Below are positions 36,220-44,515 of a stretch of DNA of 48,015 nucleotides, piece after piece. The notes beneath the pieces are model-generated. The model had not been told where the DNA came from. It made no database searches and saw only the letters and a list, made by a program, of their open reading frames with translations. The DNA comes from Anaerolineae bacterium (GTDB taxonomy: Bacteria > Chloroflexota > Anaerolineae > B4-G1 > SLSP01). Position 1 is the first letter of the stretch. The number at the start of each line of letters is the position of its first letter. Location of the stretch: contig PWVB01000338.1 of the NCBI GenBank assembly GCA_003562365.1, forward strand, positions 1 to 48,015, given 5' to 3'. A program made the translations under genes and the position numbers.

Positions 36220-37055
36220 AGCTGCCTGAGAATGCCTCGGATAATGGTCTCCAGTCTCGGACCCAAGATCTTGGCCGCCTCGAGAACCTCCTCGTGATCT
36301 GGGGTCGGCCCGCCGGCCTCTCCTGCCAACGTGTTCGTGATGCCGGAGAGGCCCAAGACGCGCAGGCCGCTGTGACGTGCAGTGATGACCTCCGGCACTG
36401 TCGACATACCGACTGCGTCAGCGCCGATGGCACGCAGGAAGCGCACGTCAGCGGGCGTCTCGAAATTCGGCCCCGCTAGACAGATATAGACGCCCTGCTG
36501 AAAGGGAATTCGTGCTTCTAGCGCAATGGCACGAGCGGCTTCCTGGAGCTGTGGATCGTAAGCGTCGTTCATGCCGGGAAATCGCGGACCGAATGCCTCC
36601 AGATTCGGCCCGCGCAGCGGACTGAGTCCGGCCATCCCGATCAGATTGATATGATCGCGAACAACCATCACTTCGCCGGTTCGATAAGTATGGTTTAGCC
36701 CACCAGCGGCGTTGGTGACGATTAGGACCTGCGCACCTAGCAACGCCATCGTGCGAATCGTTAGGGCGATACGTGCCATACTGTAACCTTCATAATAGTG
36801 AGCCCGCCCCTGCATAACCACCACGGGCACCCCTTCAAGTAGCCCGATAACCAATCGTCCTTGATGCCCTTTCACGGTCGAGACCGGGAAATGAGGGATG
36901 TCGGCAAATCTAATCCGCACCGCATCGTTCACGGCCTCCGCTAAAGGGCTCAGCCCTGAACCGAGAATCAAGCCCACCCGGGGTTCCAGTGCTGTCTGGG
37001 CCTTGATCGCGCTCACTGCTTCTTCCACAGCATCTACGGTAAAGAACTCGTCCAT
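36216..37055 (-). CDS. purine nucleoside phosphorylase (PNP/MTAP family 2, PunA-like)
   Basis: GLILGSGLSPLAE...FPVSTVKGHQGRLVIGLLEG.PVVVMQGRAHYYEGYS...VTNAAGGLN...GMSTVPEV is the trimeric PNP signature. Confidence 0.9.
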   Translation of the reverse strand: MDEFFTVDAVEEAVSAIKAQTALEPRVGLILGSGLSPLAEAVNDAVRIRFADIPHFPVSTVKGHQGRLVIGLLEGVPVVVMQGRAHYYEGYSMARIALTIRTMALLGAQVLIVTNAAGGLNHTYRTGEVMVVRDHINLIGMAGLSPLRGPNLEAFGPRFPGMNDAYDPQLQEAARAIALEARIPFQQGVYICLAGPNFETPADVRFLRAIGADAVGMSTVPEVITARHSGLRVLGLSGITNTLAGEAGGPTPDHEEVLEAAKILGPRLETIIRGILRQL

Positions 37056-37078
37056 TATCGCCCTCCGGTTCCTTCTGT

Positions 37079-38032
37079 TTACCCACTGTCCGAATCATCG
37101 ACCGGGTCACGGACTGACTCCTTGTCGTGGACAGCAAACCGGGCTCTGGGGTGTGCGCGATCATAAGCCTCACGCTTACGACGGCTCGACACCTCTGTAT
37201 AAACCTGGGTGGTCGTGATACTGGCGTGTCCCAGCATTTGCTGGATCTCGCGTAACTCCGCGCCGCCTTCAAGCAAGTGCGTCGCAAACGTGTGTCGCAG
37301 CGTGTGTGGCGTCACCCACCCCCCCAGTCCGGCTGACTCAGCATAGTGCTGGACTAAAAACCACAGGCCCTGTCGTGTCAGTGCGTTGCCCCGATTGTTC
37401 AAAAAGAGGCTTCGCTCATCGGGATCCTGCTGCAAGAATGGGCGACCTGATGTGAGATAGGTCCGCAACCAGGCAACGGCTTTTTCGTAAATGGGCAGGA
37501 CGCGCTCCTTTGCACCCTTGCCAAAGCAACGGACCAATCCGGCGTCCAGATCCAAGTCTCCGATCTTGACGTTGATGATCTCGCTGGCCCGCATGCCGCT
37601 CGCATAGAGCATCTCGAGCAATGCGCGATCACGCAGCGCCAGAGGCGTATCGTCCAGCGAGGCAGCTGCCAAAAGACATTCTACCTGATCTCGGGAGAGC
37701 GTCCTGGGCAGGCGCTTCTCGACTCTGGGTTGCTGGAGCCACTCAAGCAGATCGGATGACACAACTCCTTCGCTATAGAGAAACTTGAGAAATGCACGCG
37801 TTGCTGCGATCTTGCGCGCGACGGTGGTAGTCTTGTAACTCTTCTCTTGCAGCCAAGCCAAAAATCCCTGCAGCTGGGACGGGTCCAGGTTGACGAGCTC
37901 AGCTCCCTCCCCCTCCTCCTCAAGATAGCTTTGGAACTGCATCAGGTCACGAGTGTAGGCTGCCAGCGTATGCGACGAGTAGCCCCGCTCGAATCTAAGA
38001 TGGTCCAGGTATCTGTCTAGATAATCCTGCAT
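37079..38032 (-). CDS. xerD: site-specific tyrosine recombinase XerD/XerC
   Basis: The N-terminal SAM-like domain reads YLDHLRFERGYSSHTLAAYTRDL. The catalytic region is ...ASGMRASE...HTLRHTFATHLLEGGAELREIQQMLGHASITTTQVYTEV (R..HxxR..H..Y). XerC versus XerD cannot be settled by eye. Confidence 0.85.
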   Translation of the reverse strand: MQDYLDRYLDHLRFERGYSSHTLAAYTRDLMQFQSYLEEEGEGAELVNLDPSQLQGFLAWLQEKSYKTTTVARKIAATRAFLKFLYSEGVVSSDLLEWLQQPRVEKRLPRTLSRDQVECLLAAASLDDTPLALRDRALLEMLYASGMRASEIINVKIGDLDLDAGLVRCFGKGAKERVLPIYEKAVAWLRTYLTSGRPFLQQDPDERSLFLNNRGNALTRQGLWFLVQHYAESAGLGGWVTPHTLRHTFATHLLEGGAELREIQQMLGHASITTTQVYTEVSSRRKREAYDRAHPRARFAVHDKESVRDPVDDSDSG

Positions 38033-38053
38033 ATAGGTTAATGACCGCCTTAA

Positions 38054-39376
38054 TTATAGCCTTTCATCCCTTATAGCCAACCCCACGGGTTCATTGTGAA
38101 CCAACGCCGGCCTCCGTTCTCCAGATCGGCTTGTTTTCAGCCCGCGTTTTTCCAACGGCCTCTTCCGAAGGGGTATATCTGCGCGGGGCACCAGTTGTTC
38201 AGATGTCAGCCTCCAGAGGTTTTGGGCGATCTGCCTGGTTGCCTGCGGACGCGCAAGCGCGCGAGCGCGTGTTGCCATCGTTTCGCGCATCTCTCCATTG
38301 CTCAAGAGCTGCACCACCGCTTCTGCTGTCTGCTGAGGCAAGGGGGCCCAAAGGCCAGCCCCATTCTCCACCACGTGGTTCACGTTTTCCTGCTCCTGTC
38401 CTGGCAACGCGGTATAGATGACAAGCGGCAACCCCATTGCGAAGGCCTCTGCAAGAGTGTTGGGCCCAGCCTTGGTGACCAGAACATCTGCAGCTCGCAT
38501 CCAGACCTCCATATTCGACACGAATCCTTCGATTCGCACGGGGATGGGTAAGTCCATCCGGGTCAGTACCTGCTTTAGGCCGTGATTGTGCCCGGTAATC
38601 ACCACCACCAGCGCTGCTGGGTGCATATGGGCGATAGCCCGTACTATCTGCTCTAGAGGGCCTATGCCGTCCCCGCCCCCCACGACCAGCACGATGGGCT
38701 TGTCGTAGGATAGGCGCAGTTGGGCGCGGGCGCGCGCCGTAGGGAGCTGCATGGCGGTTAGAAATCGTTGTCGGATGGGGATACCCGTCAAGCTAACACG
38801 ATCCTCGGGCACTCCTGCACGCAGAGCATTGGCCTTGGCCGCCAGCGTCGGCACCGTGTAGAGAGCCGCCCCTGGGACCAGCCATCCGGCGTGGAGCGTT
38901 ACCATGTCCAGCGCAACGATGGCTATTGGCGTCGATCGATTCATCGCGCGCAGCCCCATCAGCAAGGCGCAGTTTGGGATGGGGTGAAAAGAAACGATCA
39001 CCTCGGCGGGGTGTCTATCCAGTAGATTGCGAAGCGCCGCTCCCACATACGGCCACAATATCGTTGATGCTGTCTGCATTAGCTTTACGTGGTTGGAGAG
39101 GTGAAATCCTATACCCCACGGAATGCCGTTGAAGGCCAAGCAGCTGGGATACCATGTTGGGAAACGGTGCCACGGCCACTGACCAAGCTCGATGAAGACA
39201 TCCAGCAGCTCCACCGCGGCTGCCTGTCCGTGGAGGCAAAGGAGCTCATCGCCCACGGCCTGCGCTGATGCGCGGTGCCCGCCACCGGTGTCGGAGAACA
39301 GAAGCAGGAAGCGTTTCGCCTGGGCTGCAGTGTCGGCTGATCCGCTCACGTCGGGGCCTGTCTTCTGGGCGTTCAT
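38054..39376 (-). CDS. glycosyltransferase, GT28 MGDG-synthase/UgtP-like (glycolipid synthase)
   Basis: The N-terminal FSDTGGGHRASAQAV is the MGDG_synth domain hallmark. The C-terminal GT-B half reads ...LVTKAGPNTLAEAFAMGLPLVIY..LPGQEQENV. Confidence 0.82.
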   Translation of the reverse strand: MNAQKTGPDVSGSADTAAQAKRFLLLFSDTGGGHRASAQAVGDELLCLHGQAAAVELLDVFIELGQWPWHRFPTWYPSCLAFNGIPWGIGFHLSNHVKLMQTASTILWPYVGAALRNLLDRHPAEVIVSFHPIPNCALLMGLRAMNRSTPIAIVALDMVTLHAGWLVPGAALYTVPTLAAKANALRAGVPEDRVSLTGIPIRQRFLTAMQLPTARARAQLRLSYDKPIVLVVGGGDGIGPLEQIVRAIAHMHPAALVVVITGHNHGLKQVLTRMDLPIPVRIEGFVSNMEVWMRAADVLVTKAGPNTLAEAFAMGLPLVIYTALPGQEQENVNHVVENGAGLWAPLPQQTAEAVVQLLSNGEMRETMATRARALARPQATRQIAQNLWRLTSEQLVPRADIPLRKRPLEKRGLKTSRSGERRPALVHNEPVGLAIRDERL

Positions 39377-39603
39377 TGTTCAACGTCGCCTGAGGAATCT
39401 GAGAAGGCTGCCCCGCGTTCAATGAACCGTCGAATTCTGCTCTCAAATCGGCGTCGCTGGACCAACACGTAGCGTCCACAGGTCAGGCACTCAATGCCAA
39501 TATCCAGACCGACGCGCAAGATCCGCCAGCGAAGTCCCCCGCAAGGATGTGGTTTCCGCAGTTCAACGATATCTCCCAGGTACAGATCAATAGGTTCGGG
39601 CAT
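39373..39603 (-). CDS. DUF951-family small protein
   Basis: [45 protein letters not shown] matches the DUF951 pattern (D.V.(M/L)KK.HPCG...W.I.R.GADI...C..C). The stop overlaps the GT28 start (ATGA). Confidence 0.75.
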   Translation of the reverse strand: MPEPIDLYLGDIVELRKPHPCGGLRWRILRVGLDIGIECLTCGRYVLVQRRRFESRIRRFIERGAAFSDSSGDVEQ

Positions 39604-39711
39604 AGCTTTGACCTCGAGTAACTCTGAGGCTCACTAACCGTCCGATAACTCGGTGGCTGAAGGCCTTGTATGAACACTTCTGCTTGAGCGTGCGTCGGGA
39701 TCGCGTTAGCG

Positions 39712-40446
39712 TTAACCGCGCCACCTAAAGCCCAGCAGCAGCAGCACTAGCTGGCCAATCAGCAGAAGCAGAATCCGCAGCCGGGCAGAACGTTCCAGCG
39801 GCTGGAGCTTAAGCTCCGCGGAGAGCCATTCGGCTTGGACATAATGCGGCAGCAGTACCCATCCCGTTGCGATGCCGGCAAGGAAGCCGCCTAGATGACC
39901 CCACCAACTGATGCCAGGCAGTAGCCCAATGCCAATGTTAATCAGCGCCATCCTGCCCAATTGGCCGAGGTAACCTTTCCCGCCGACTAGCAGGTCCCGA
40001 TAGTGCCAGAAAAAGACAATAAGCGCTCCCAGGACGCCCATAATCGCGCCGGAGGCGCCCACCGTGGGCGTGTGGAAATCTGAGAAAAGCGTCACCAGCA
40101 CGCTGCAGCCGAGCAAAGACAGGCTGTACACAATCAACAGGCGCTGCTGGCCAGCAAAACGCTCCAGTAAGCTCCCCAAGGCCAGGAAGGCGTAGAGGTT
40201 GAAAAGAATGTGGGTCAAGTCTGCGTGCAAGAAACCGGCGATGATCAGACGATGCCAGTGCCCATAGACAATCACCAGACCGGGTACCAGTGCTCCGTGG
40301 ATCGTGAGCGCTCTTTCCAGCAGCATATCGAGCGCAAAGATGATCAAATTCATCCCGATCAGCAGATAGGTCACCCTGACCGAGAATCGCGGCAGGCTGA
40401 CCTGTCGAGGTGGCGTTCCGGCAATCGGTTCTATCTCTGCTCTCAC
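39712..40446 (-). CDS. rhomboid-family intramembrane serine protease
   Basis: Six TM segments, with HADLTHILFN, the catalytic GASGAIMGVLGA, and HLGGFLAG (catalytic His). The GTG start overlaps the gmk stop (GTGA). Confidence 0.88.
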   Translation of the reverse strand: MRAEIEPIAGTPPRQVSLPRFSVRVTYLLIGMNLIIFALDMLLERALTIHGALVPGLVIVYGHWHRLIIAGFLHADLTHILFNLYAFLALGSLLERFAGQQRLLIVYSLSLLGCSVLVTLFSDFHTPTVGASGAIMGVLGALIVFFWHYRDLLVGGKGYLGQLGRMALINIGIGLLPGISWWGHLGGFLAGIATGWVLLPHYVQAEWLSAELKLQPLERSARLRILLLLIGQLVLLLLGFRWRG

Positions 40447-41075
40447 GAGAGCGTCACCCGTCGAGGACGCGTGCGATGATGCTCGGCCTCGATGATGCTA
40501 AGCACGCGATCTACTGCCTCATCCAGCCGACTCTGAGCATTTATGACGACATAGTCAAACTCCTCAAGCCGCTTCATCTCCAGCCGCGCCGTCTCGATGC
40601 GGTGTTGTAGCTGTGCCGCAGTCTCTGTTCTGCGCTCCTTCAAGCGCCCGATCAGCTCCTCTTCAGAAGCAGCGCTCAAAAAAATCAGAATCGCCTGGGG
40701 CACCAACTCACGGATCGTAGCAGCGCCCTGGACATCCAAGCGCATTATGACATCGTGTCCGCTCTCCAACGCTTCGCGTACCTGTTGCTTCGGAATACCC
40801 TTGTACTGGCCATAGACGACGGCATACTCTAGCAGTTCATCGGCCTCAATCATAGCCTCGAACTGCTCCTGCGAGACAAAGAAGTAGTCGACGCCGTGTA
40901 TCTCTCCTAACCTTGGGGGACGCGAGGTTGCTGTGACCACGAAATGAAACCGCGCACCGCGGATTTTCATCCGATCGACAAGGCTGTCCTTGCCGACCCC
41001 GGATGGTCCAGATATCACAATGAGCAGGGGATAGGTCTGGGGATGATATGGGTTGAACACGACTTGGTCGCTCAT
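40443..41075 (-). CDS. gmk: guanylate kinase
   Basis: P-loop ISGPSGVGKDSL, then ...TTRPPRLGE..G.DYFFVS...F......LLE.A.VYG..YG. Confidence 0.93.
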   Translation of the reverse strand: MSDQVVFNPYHPQTYPLLIVISGPSGVGKDSLVDRMKIRGARFHFVVTATSRPPRLGEIHGVDYFFVSQEQFEAMIEADELLEYAVVYGQYKGIPKQQVREALESGHDVIMRLDVQGAATIRELVPQAILIFLSAASEEELIGRLKERRTETAAQLQHRIETARLEMKRLEEFDYVVINAQSRLDEAVDRVLSIIEAEHHRTRPRRVTLS

Positions 41076-41079
41076 CTAT

Positions 41080-41108
41080 TTGCTCCTGACCTCGAATCCC
41101 GCTATAAT
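41080..41108 (+). promoter_or_regulatory. candidate sigma70-type promoter for the zinc-ribbon/FabL-like genes
   Basis: -35 TTGCTC (41080-41085), a 17-nt spacer, then a perfect -10 TATAAT (41103-41108), about 90 nt upstream of ATG 41198. Confidence 0.4.
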
Positions 41109-41197
41109 GACGATACTTGAGTTGCGTGTGCCGCGCTGAAGTGCGAAACTGCGTGAGCAGACTCTACTATACCATAGTTGAAAGGGGAAAGGGAAAT

Positions 41198-41650
41198 ATG
41201 CCGATTTACGAATACCGATGCGGGGAGTGTGGAAGGCGCTTCTCGGTATTCTGGCGCTCCTTTGCCGAAGTCAATGAGGCGAAACTCGTCTGTAAGCGTT
41301 GTGATAGCGACGAGATCACCCGGTTGGTCTCTCGGGTGCGGTTGGTACGGTCCGAAGATAGCCGCTTGGAGGACCTGGCTGATCCGAGCGCCTGGGGTGA
41401 TCTGGATGAGAATGATCCCAAGAGTATGGGTCGCTTCATGCGCAAGATGATGAATGAGATGGGCGACGAGGCCGACGACCTCGGTCCGGAGTTTGAAGAG
41501 GTCATCGATCGTCTGGAGGCTGGTCAGGATCCTGAGGAGATTGAGCAGGATATGCCGGATCTTATGGGAGAAGGTCCGGGCGACCTAGGGTCTGGCGGTA
41601 TGGGCTCTGCTGGCGGGGATGTCTACAGCAGTTCGGATTTCGACGACTGA
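41198..41650 (+). CDS. FmdB-family zinc-ribbon protein with an acidic C-terminal tail
   Basis: MPIYEYRCGECGRRFSV...CKRCDSDEITRLVS is the CxxC...CxxC FmdB/CxxC_CxxC_SSSS pattern. The start is re-set to ATG 41198 after GGGGAAAGGGAAAT. The remaining ~100 aa are D/E/G-rich. Confidence 0.8.
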   Translation: MPIYEYRCGECGRRFSVFWRSFAEVNEAKLVCKRCDSDEITRLVSRVRLVRSEDSRLEDLADPSAWGDLDENDPKSMGRFMRKMMNEMGDEADDLGPEFEEVIDRLEAGQDPEEIEQDMPDLMGEGPGDLGSGGMGSAGGDVYSSSDFDD

Positions 41651-41674
41651 TTTGCCCTTCTTGGACCTTCACTG

Positions 41675-42493
41675 ATGCAGACTTCTGAAAGCTCCCTTGA
41701 AGGCCGCTGGGCGCTGATCCTGGGTGCCTCAAGCGGATATGGCGCTGCTATTGCCCGGACACTGGCGCAAGAAGGTATGCACATTTTTGGTGTTCACCTT
41801 GATCCTCGTCGCACACTGCGACGCGCCGAAGCGGTGATTGAGGATATCAAGGCCGCCGGACGCCGAGCGGTCTTCTTCAACACCAATGCCGCGGACCCCC
41901 GCCGTCGAGCTCGGGTGATCGGCTCCCTCATCGAGTTCCTGGCGGATGATGAGTTTGGCGCGATTCATCTTATGGTACACACCCTGGCATTTGGGAGCTT
42001 GCGTCCTTACATTGCTGACGCACCTGATGTTGCTGTAACCGAAAGCCAGATGGAGATGACCCTGCGCGTGATGGCTCACAGTGTCGTCTACTGGACCCAA
42101 GACCTGGTTCGGGCCGATCTGCTGCGTTGCGGTAGTCGCATTTACGCGATGACGAGTATTGGTTCGCAGCGTGTCTCGTCACACTACGGACCGGTTTCGG
42201 CTGCCAAGGCCGCATTGGAGGCGCATATCCGGCAGTTAGCAGTAGAGCTCGCGCCGCGCGGCATCGCTGCGAACTGTCTGATGCCTGGCGTAACTGACAC
42301 CCCGGCCCTTCGAGCCATTCCAGGGCATCAGGAGATCCTCCAGCAAGTTCAGGTCTACCATCCTGCTGGCCGCCTGACGCGGACTGAGGATGTTGCGCGG
42401 GTTCTAGTCGCGCTGGCTGATCCACGCTTGACTTGGATTTCCGGGGCTGTCATCCCTGTCGATGGCGGGGAGTCAATTGTCGCGGCAGGTTAA
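41675..42493 (+). CDS. SDR-family oxidoreductase, enoyl-ACP reductase (FabL/FabI-like Y-x6-K) type
   Basis: The Rossmann motif is LILGASSGYGAAIARTLA. The active site YGPVSAAKAALE has Tyr-x6-Lys spacing, typical of enoyl reductases rather than the classical SDR Y-x3-K. Then PGVTDTPA. Confidence 0.7.
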   Translation: MQTSESSLEGRWALILGASSGYGAAIARTLAQEGMHIFGVHLDPRRTLRRAEAVIEDIKAAGRRAVFFNTNAADPRRRARVIGSLIEFLADDEFGAIHLMVHTLAFGSLRPYIADAPDVAVTESQMEMTLRVMAHSVVYWTQDLVRADLLRCGSRIYAMTSIGSQRVSSHYGPVSAAKAALEAHIRQLAVELAPRGIAANCLMPGVTDTPALRAIPGHQEILQQVQVYHPAGRLTRTEDVARVLVALADPRLTWISGAVIPVDGGESIVAAG

Positions 42494-42496
42494 GGG

Positions 42497-42517
42497 CTTG
42501 CGTCGCACAAACGCAAG
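42497..42517 (+). terminator. hairpin after the SDR gene (weak intrinsic terminator)
   Basis: cttgcgt-cgcacaa-acgcaag is a 7-bp stem starting 4 nt after the stop, followed by tttgactttat. Confidence 0.4.
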
Positions 42518-42518
42518 T

Positions 42519-42546
42519 TTGACTTTATCTATGGGCGTGATACAAT
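42519..42546 (+). promoter_or_regulatory. candidate sigma70-type promoter for rpsA-infA
   Basis: -35 TTGACT (42519-42524), a 16-nt spacer ending in TGa (extended -10), and -10 TACAAT (42541-42546). This predicts a ~70-nt leader. Confidence 0.5.
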
Positions 42547-42622
42547 AGTCAAAGTTTATCAGAGCCACCAAAGTTGCGTACTATAGGTGGGTTCGCAAAA
42601 CTGGGTGGAACAGGAGTTGGCT

Positions 42623-44146
42623 GTGGAAGACTTGAATCATACTGAAGCCTCAACGTCCGCTGAACTCGTAGAAGATCCGGCGGAAAACCCAGATACCGCA
42701 GAAATTGCCCCGGACACTTCTGAGATGTCGACTCAGGCGGCCTCCGTCGAAGATGCGGCACTCAGGGACTCAGAAGCCGCTAAGGGAACCAGCAATACGG
42801 ACTCCGAAGACGCTGTCCAGGATGTTGCTGAAGGAGTTCCAGAGGAAGGCTCTGGCTCGTGGGAGGACCAGTTGGAGGAGTCTCTTGCCGGAACCGCACT
42901 GAAGCGCGGGGAGCTGCGCGAGGGTGTGATTCTGGACAAGAAGAGCACGGGCTTTGTTGTTGACATCGGTGCGAAGCGCGATGGCTTCGTACCCATTGAT
43001 GACATTGAAGAACTCGAGGACAAAGAGTTTCAGATCGGAGATGATGTCCCTGTGGTGGTAACGGATCTTCGGGATTCCGACGGCAATGTGAAACTCTCGA
43101 TCGCTCAGGCTCTGTTGCAGGAGGACTGGCTGAAGGCAGAGAAGCTGTTGGAGAGCCAGGATGTGTATGAAGCGCAGATTACAGGGTTCAACCGCGGAGG
43201 GTTGACTGTCGATTTTGGCCGACTTCGAGGCTTCGTGCCTATGTCCCAGCTTATCGGATTCAACCGTATCCGTCAACCTGCAGAGCGCCAGCGGCGCCTG
43301 GAATCGATGGTAGGTCAGGATACCGTGCTCAAGGTCATCGAGGTCAATCGCCGCCGCCGTCGCCTGATTCTGTCCCAGCGTGCCGCCGCTCGAGAGTGGC
43401 GTGCGGCCCGTCGGCAGCGGTTGCTGGAGGAGCTCGAGGCGGGTCAGGTGCGTCGTGGTCGCATAAGTCAAATTGCCGACTTCGGGCTTTTTGTCAACCT
43501 TGGAGGGATGGATGGCCTGGTTCACATCTCTGAGCTCTCGTGGGGTCGTATAGAGAACCCGGCTGAGATCTACCATCCGGGTCAGCGCCTTAAGGTCAAG
43601 GTCCTGAGCGTTGATCGAGACCGCCAGCGTATTGCCTTGAGCATCAAGGCACTGACGCCTGATCCTTGGGAGAGCGTGATGGAGCGCTACGAGGCCGGGA
43701 ATCTGGTGGAGGGTCGCGTGACGCAGGTCGTTGACTTTGGTGTCTTTATCGAGCTGGAACCGGGTATAGAAGGCTTGCTTCACAACTCAGAGTTGCGGGA
43801 TATCACCCAACGGGAAGAGCTTGCCTCGGGTGACTCGATTCTGGTTAAGGTGATTCGCATTGAGCCGGAGCGCCGCCGCATTGGCCTTAGTGTCCAACAG
43901 GTGCGCCCCGACGAGTGGGAAGAGTGGGCGCTGAAGCAGATCGAAGAAGAGGAGAAGACCATCGAGGCTTCTGAGGATGAGCCGCTCGACGATGACGACC
44001 TTGATTTTGACGATGAGGACAGCGAGGATCAGGACGATGAAGGTCAGGCGTCGGAAGCCGGGGTCTCGGATGATGAGAATGTGGTCGTTGAGCAAACCGA
44101 CGAATCTGATGAGACGTCCGTCGACGAAGTAGAGACAGAAGCCTAG
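42623..44146 (+). CDS. rpsA: 30S ribosomal protein S1 (four S1 domains) with acidic N- and C-terminal extensions
   Basis: Four S1 repeats, for example GRISQIADFGLFVNLGGMDGLVHISELSW and GRVTQVVDFGVFIELEPGIEGLLHNSEL. The preferred start is GTG 42623, 6 nt after AGGAG (42612-42616). The track ORF opens at GTG 42587. Confidence 0.88.
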   Translation: MEDLNHTEASTSAELVEDPAENPDTAEIAPDTSEMSTQAASVEDAALRDSEAAKGTSNTDSEDAVQDVAEGVPEEGSGSWEDQLEESLAGTALKRGELREGVILDKKSTGFVVDIGAKRDGFVPIDDIEELEDKEFQIGDDVPVVVTDLRDSDGNVKLSIAQALLQEDWLKAEKLLESQDVYEAQITGFNRGGLTVDFGRLRGFVPMSQLIGFNRIRQPAERQRRLESMVGQDTVLKVIEVNRRRRRLILSQRAAAREWRAARRQRLLEELEAGQVRRGRISQIADFGLFVNLGGMDGLVHISELSWGRIENPAEIYHPGQRLKVKVLSVDRDRQRIALSIKALTPDPWESVMERYEAGNLVEGRVTQVVDFGVFIELEPGIEGLLHNSELRDITQREELASGDSILVKVIRIEPERRRIGLSVQQVRPDEWEEWALKQIEEEEKTIEASEDEPLDDDDLDFDDEDSEDQDDEGQASEAGVSDDENVVVEQTDESDETSVDEVETEA

Positions 44147-44155
44147 GATAGGTTG

Positions 44156-44416
44156 ATGAGTGCGAAGAAAGACGACAAGATTGCGGTTGAGGGCACCGTG
44201 ATTGAGGCCCTTCCAGGCACACAGTTTCGCGTCAAGCTTGACGCGGGACACGAGGTCTTGGCTTATCTGTCCGGCAAGATGCGCAAGTATTACATTCGTA
44301 TTTTGCTGGGTGACCGGGTTCGCGTGGAACTCTCGCCTTACGATCTTACTCGAGGACGTATTGTCTATCGCCACAAGAAACAACGTGCCGCTGATGGTCA
44401 GGAGGACGAGACATAG
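44156..44416 (+). CDS. infA: translation initiation factor IF-1
   Basis: [68 protein letters not shown] is near-canonical IF-1. ATG 44156 lies 7 nt after the rpsA stop. A 12-aa C-terminal extension ([12 protein letters not shown]) is present. Confidence 0.93.
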   Translation: MSAKKDDKIAVEGTVIEALPGTQFRVKLDAGHEVLAYLSGKMRKYYIRILLGDRVRVELSPYDLTRGRIVYRHKKQRAADGQEDET

Positions 44417-44460
44417 CGCGATCTTCCAGCGCATCGCAGTCTGTTGCGGATTGTAAGTAC

Positions 44461-44490
44461 GCCGACCTCGAGGTCGGCGTCTTGTTTGCT
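44461..44490 (+). terminator. rho-independent terminator of rpsA-infA
   Basis: gccgacc-tcga-ggtcggc is a 7-bp GC-rich stem with a tetraloop, followed by gtcttgtttgct. Confidence 0.7.
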
Positions 44491-44515
44491 CAACTTGCTT
44501 CGAGGGCGGTGAGTT

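Noticed and set aside
37079-38032. The tyrosine recombinase as a possible integrase marking a genomic island or prophage.
   Set aside because: The sequence has the XerC/D-type N-terminal domain and the LGHASITTTQVYT motif. It is embedded between housekeeping genes with 20-25-nt gaps. There is no flanking tRNA, direct repeats or phage genes.
42770-43783. A 337-aa minus-strand ORF, and the neighbouring 215-aa ORF at 43787-44434.
   Set aside because: Both are antisense to rpsA and infA, which have unmistakable S1 and IF-1 sequences. There are no motifs and no RBS. They are shadow ORFs.
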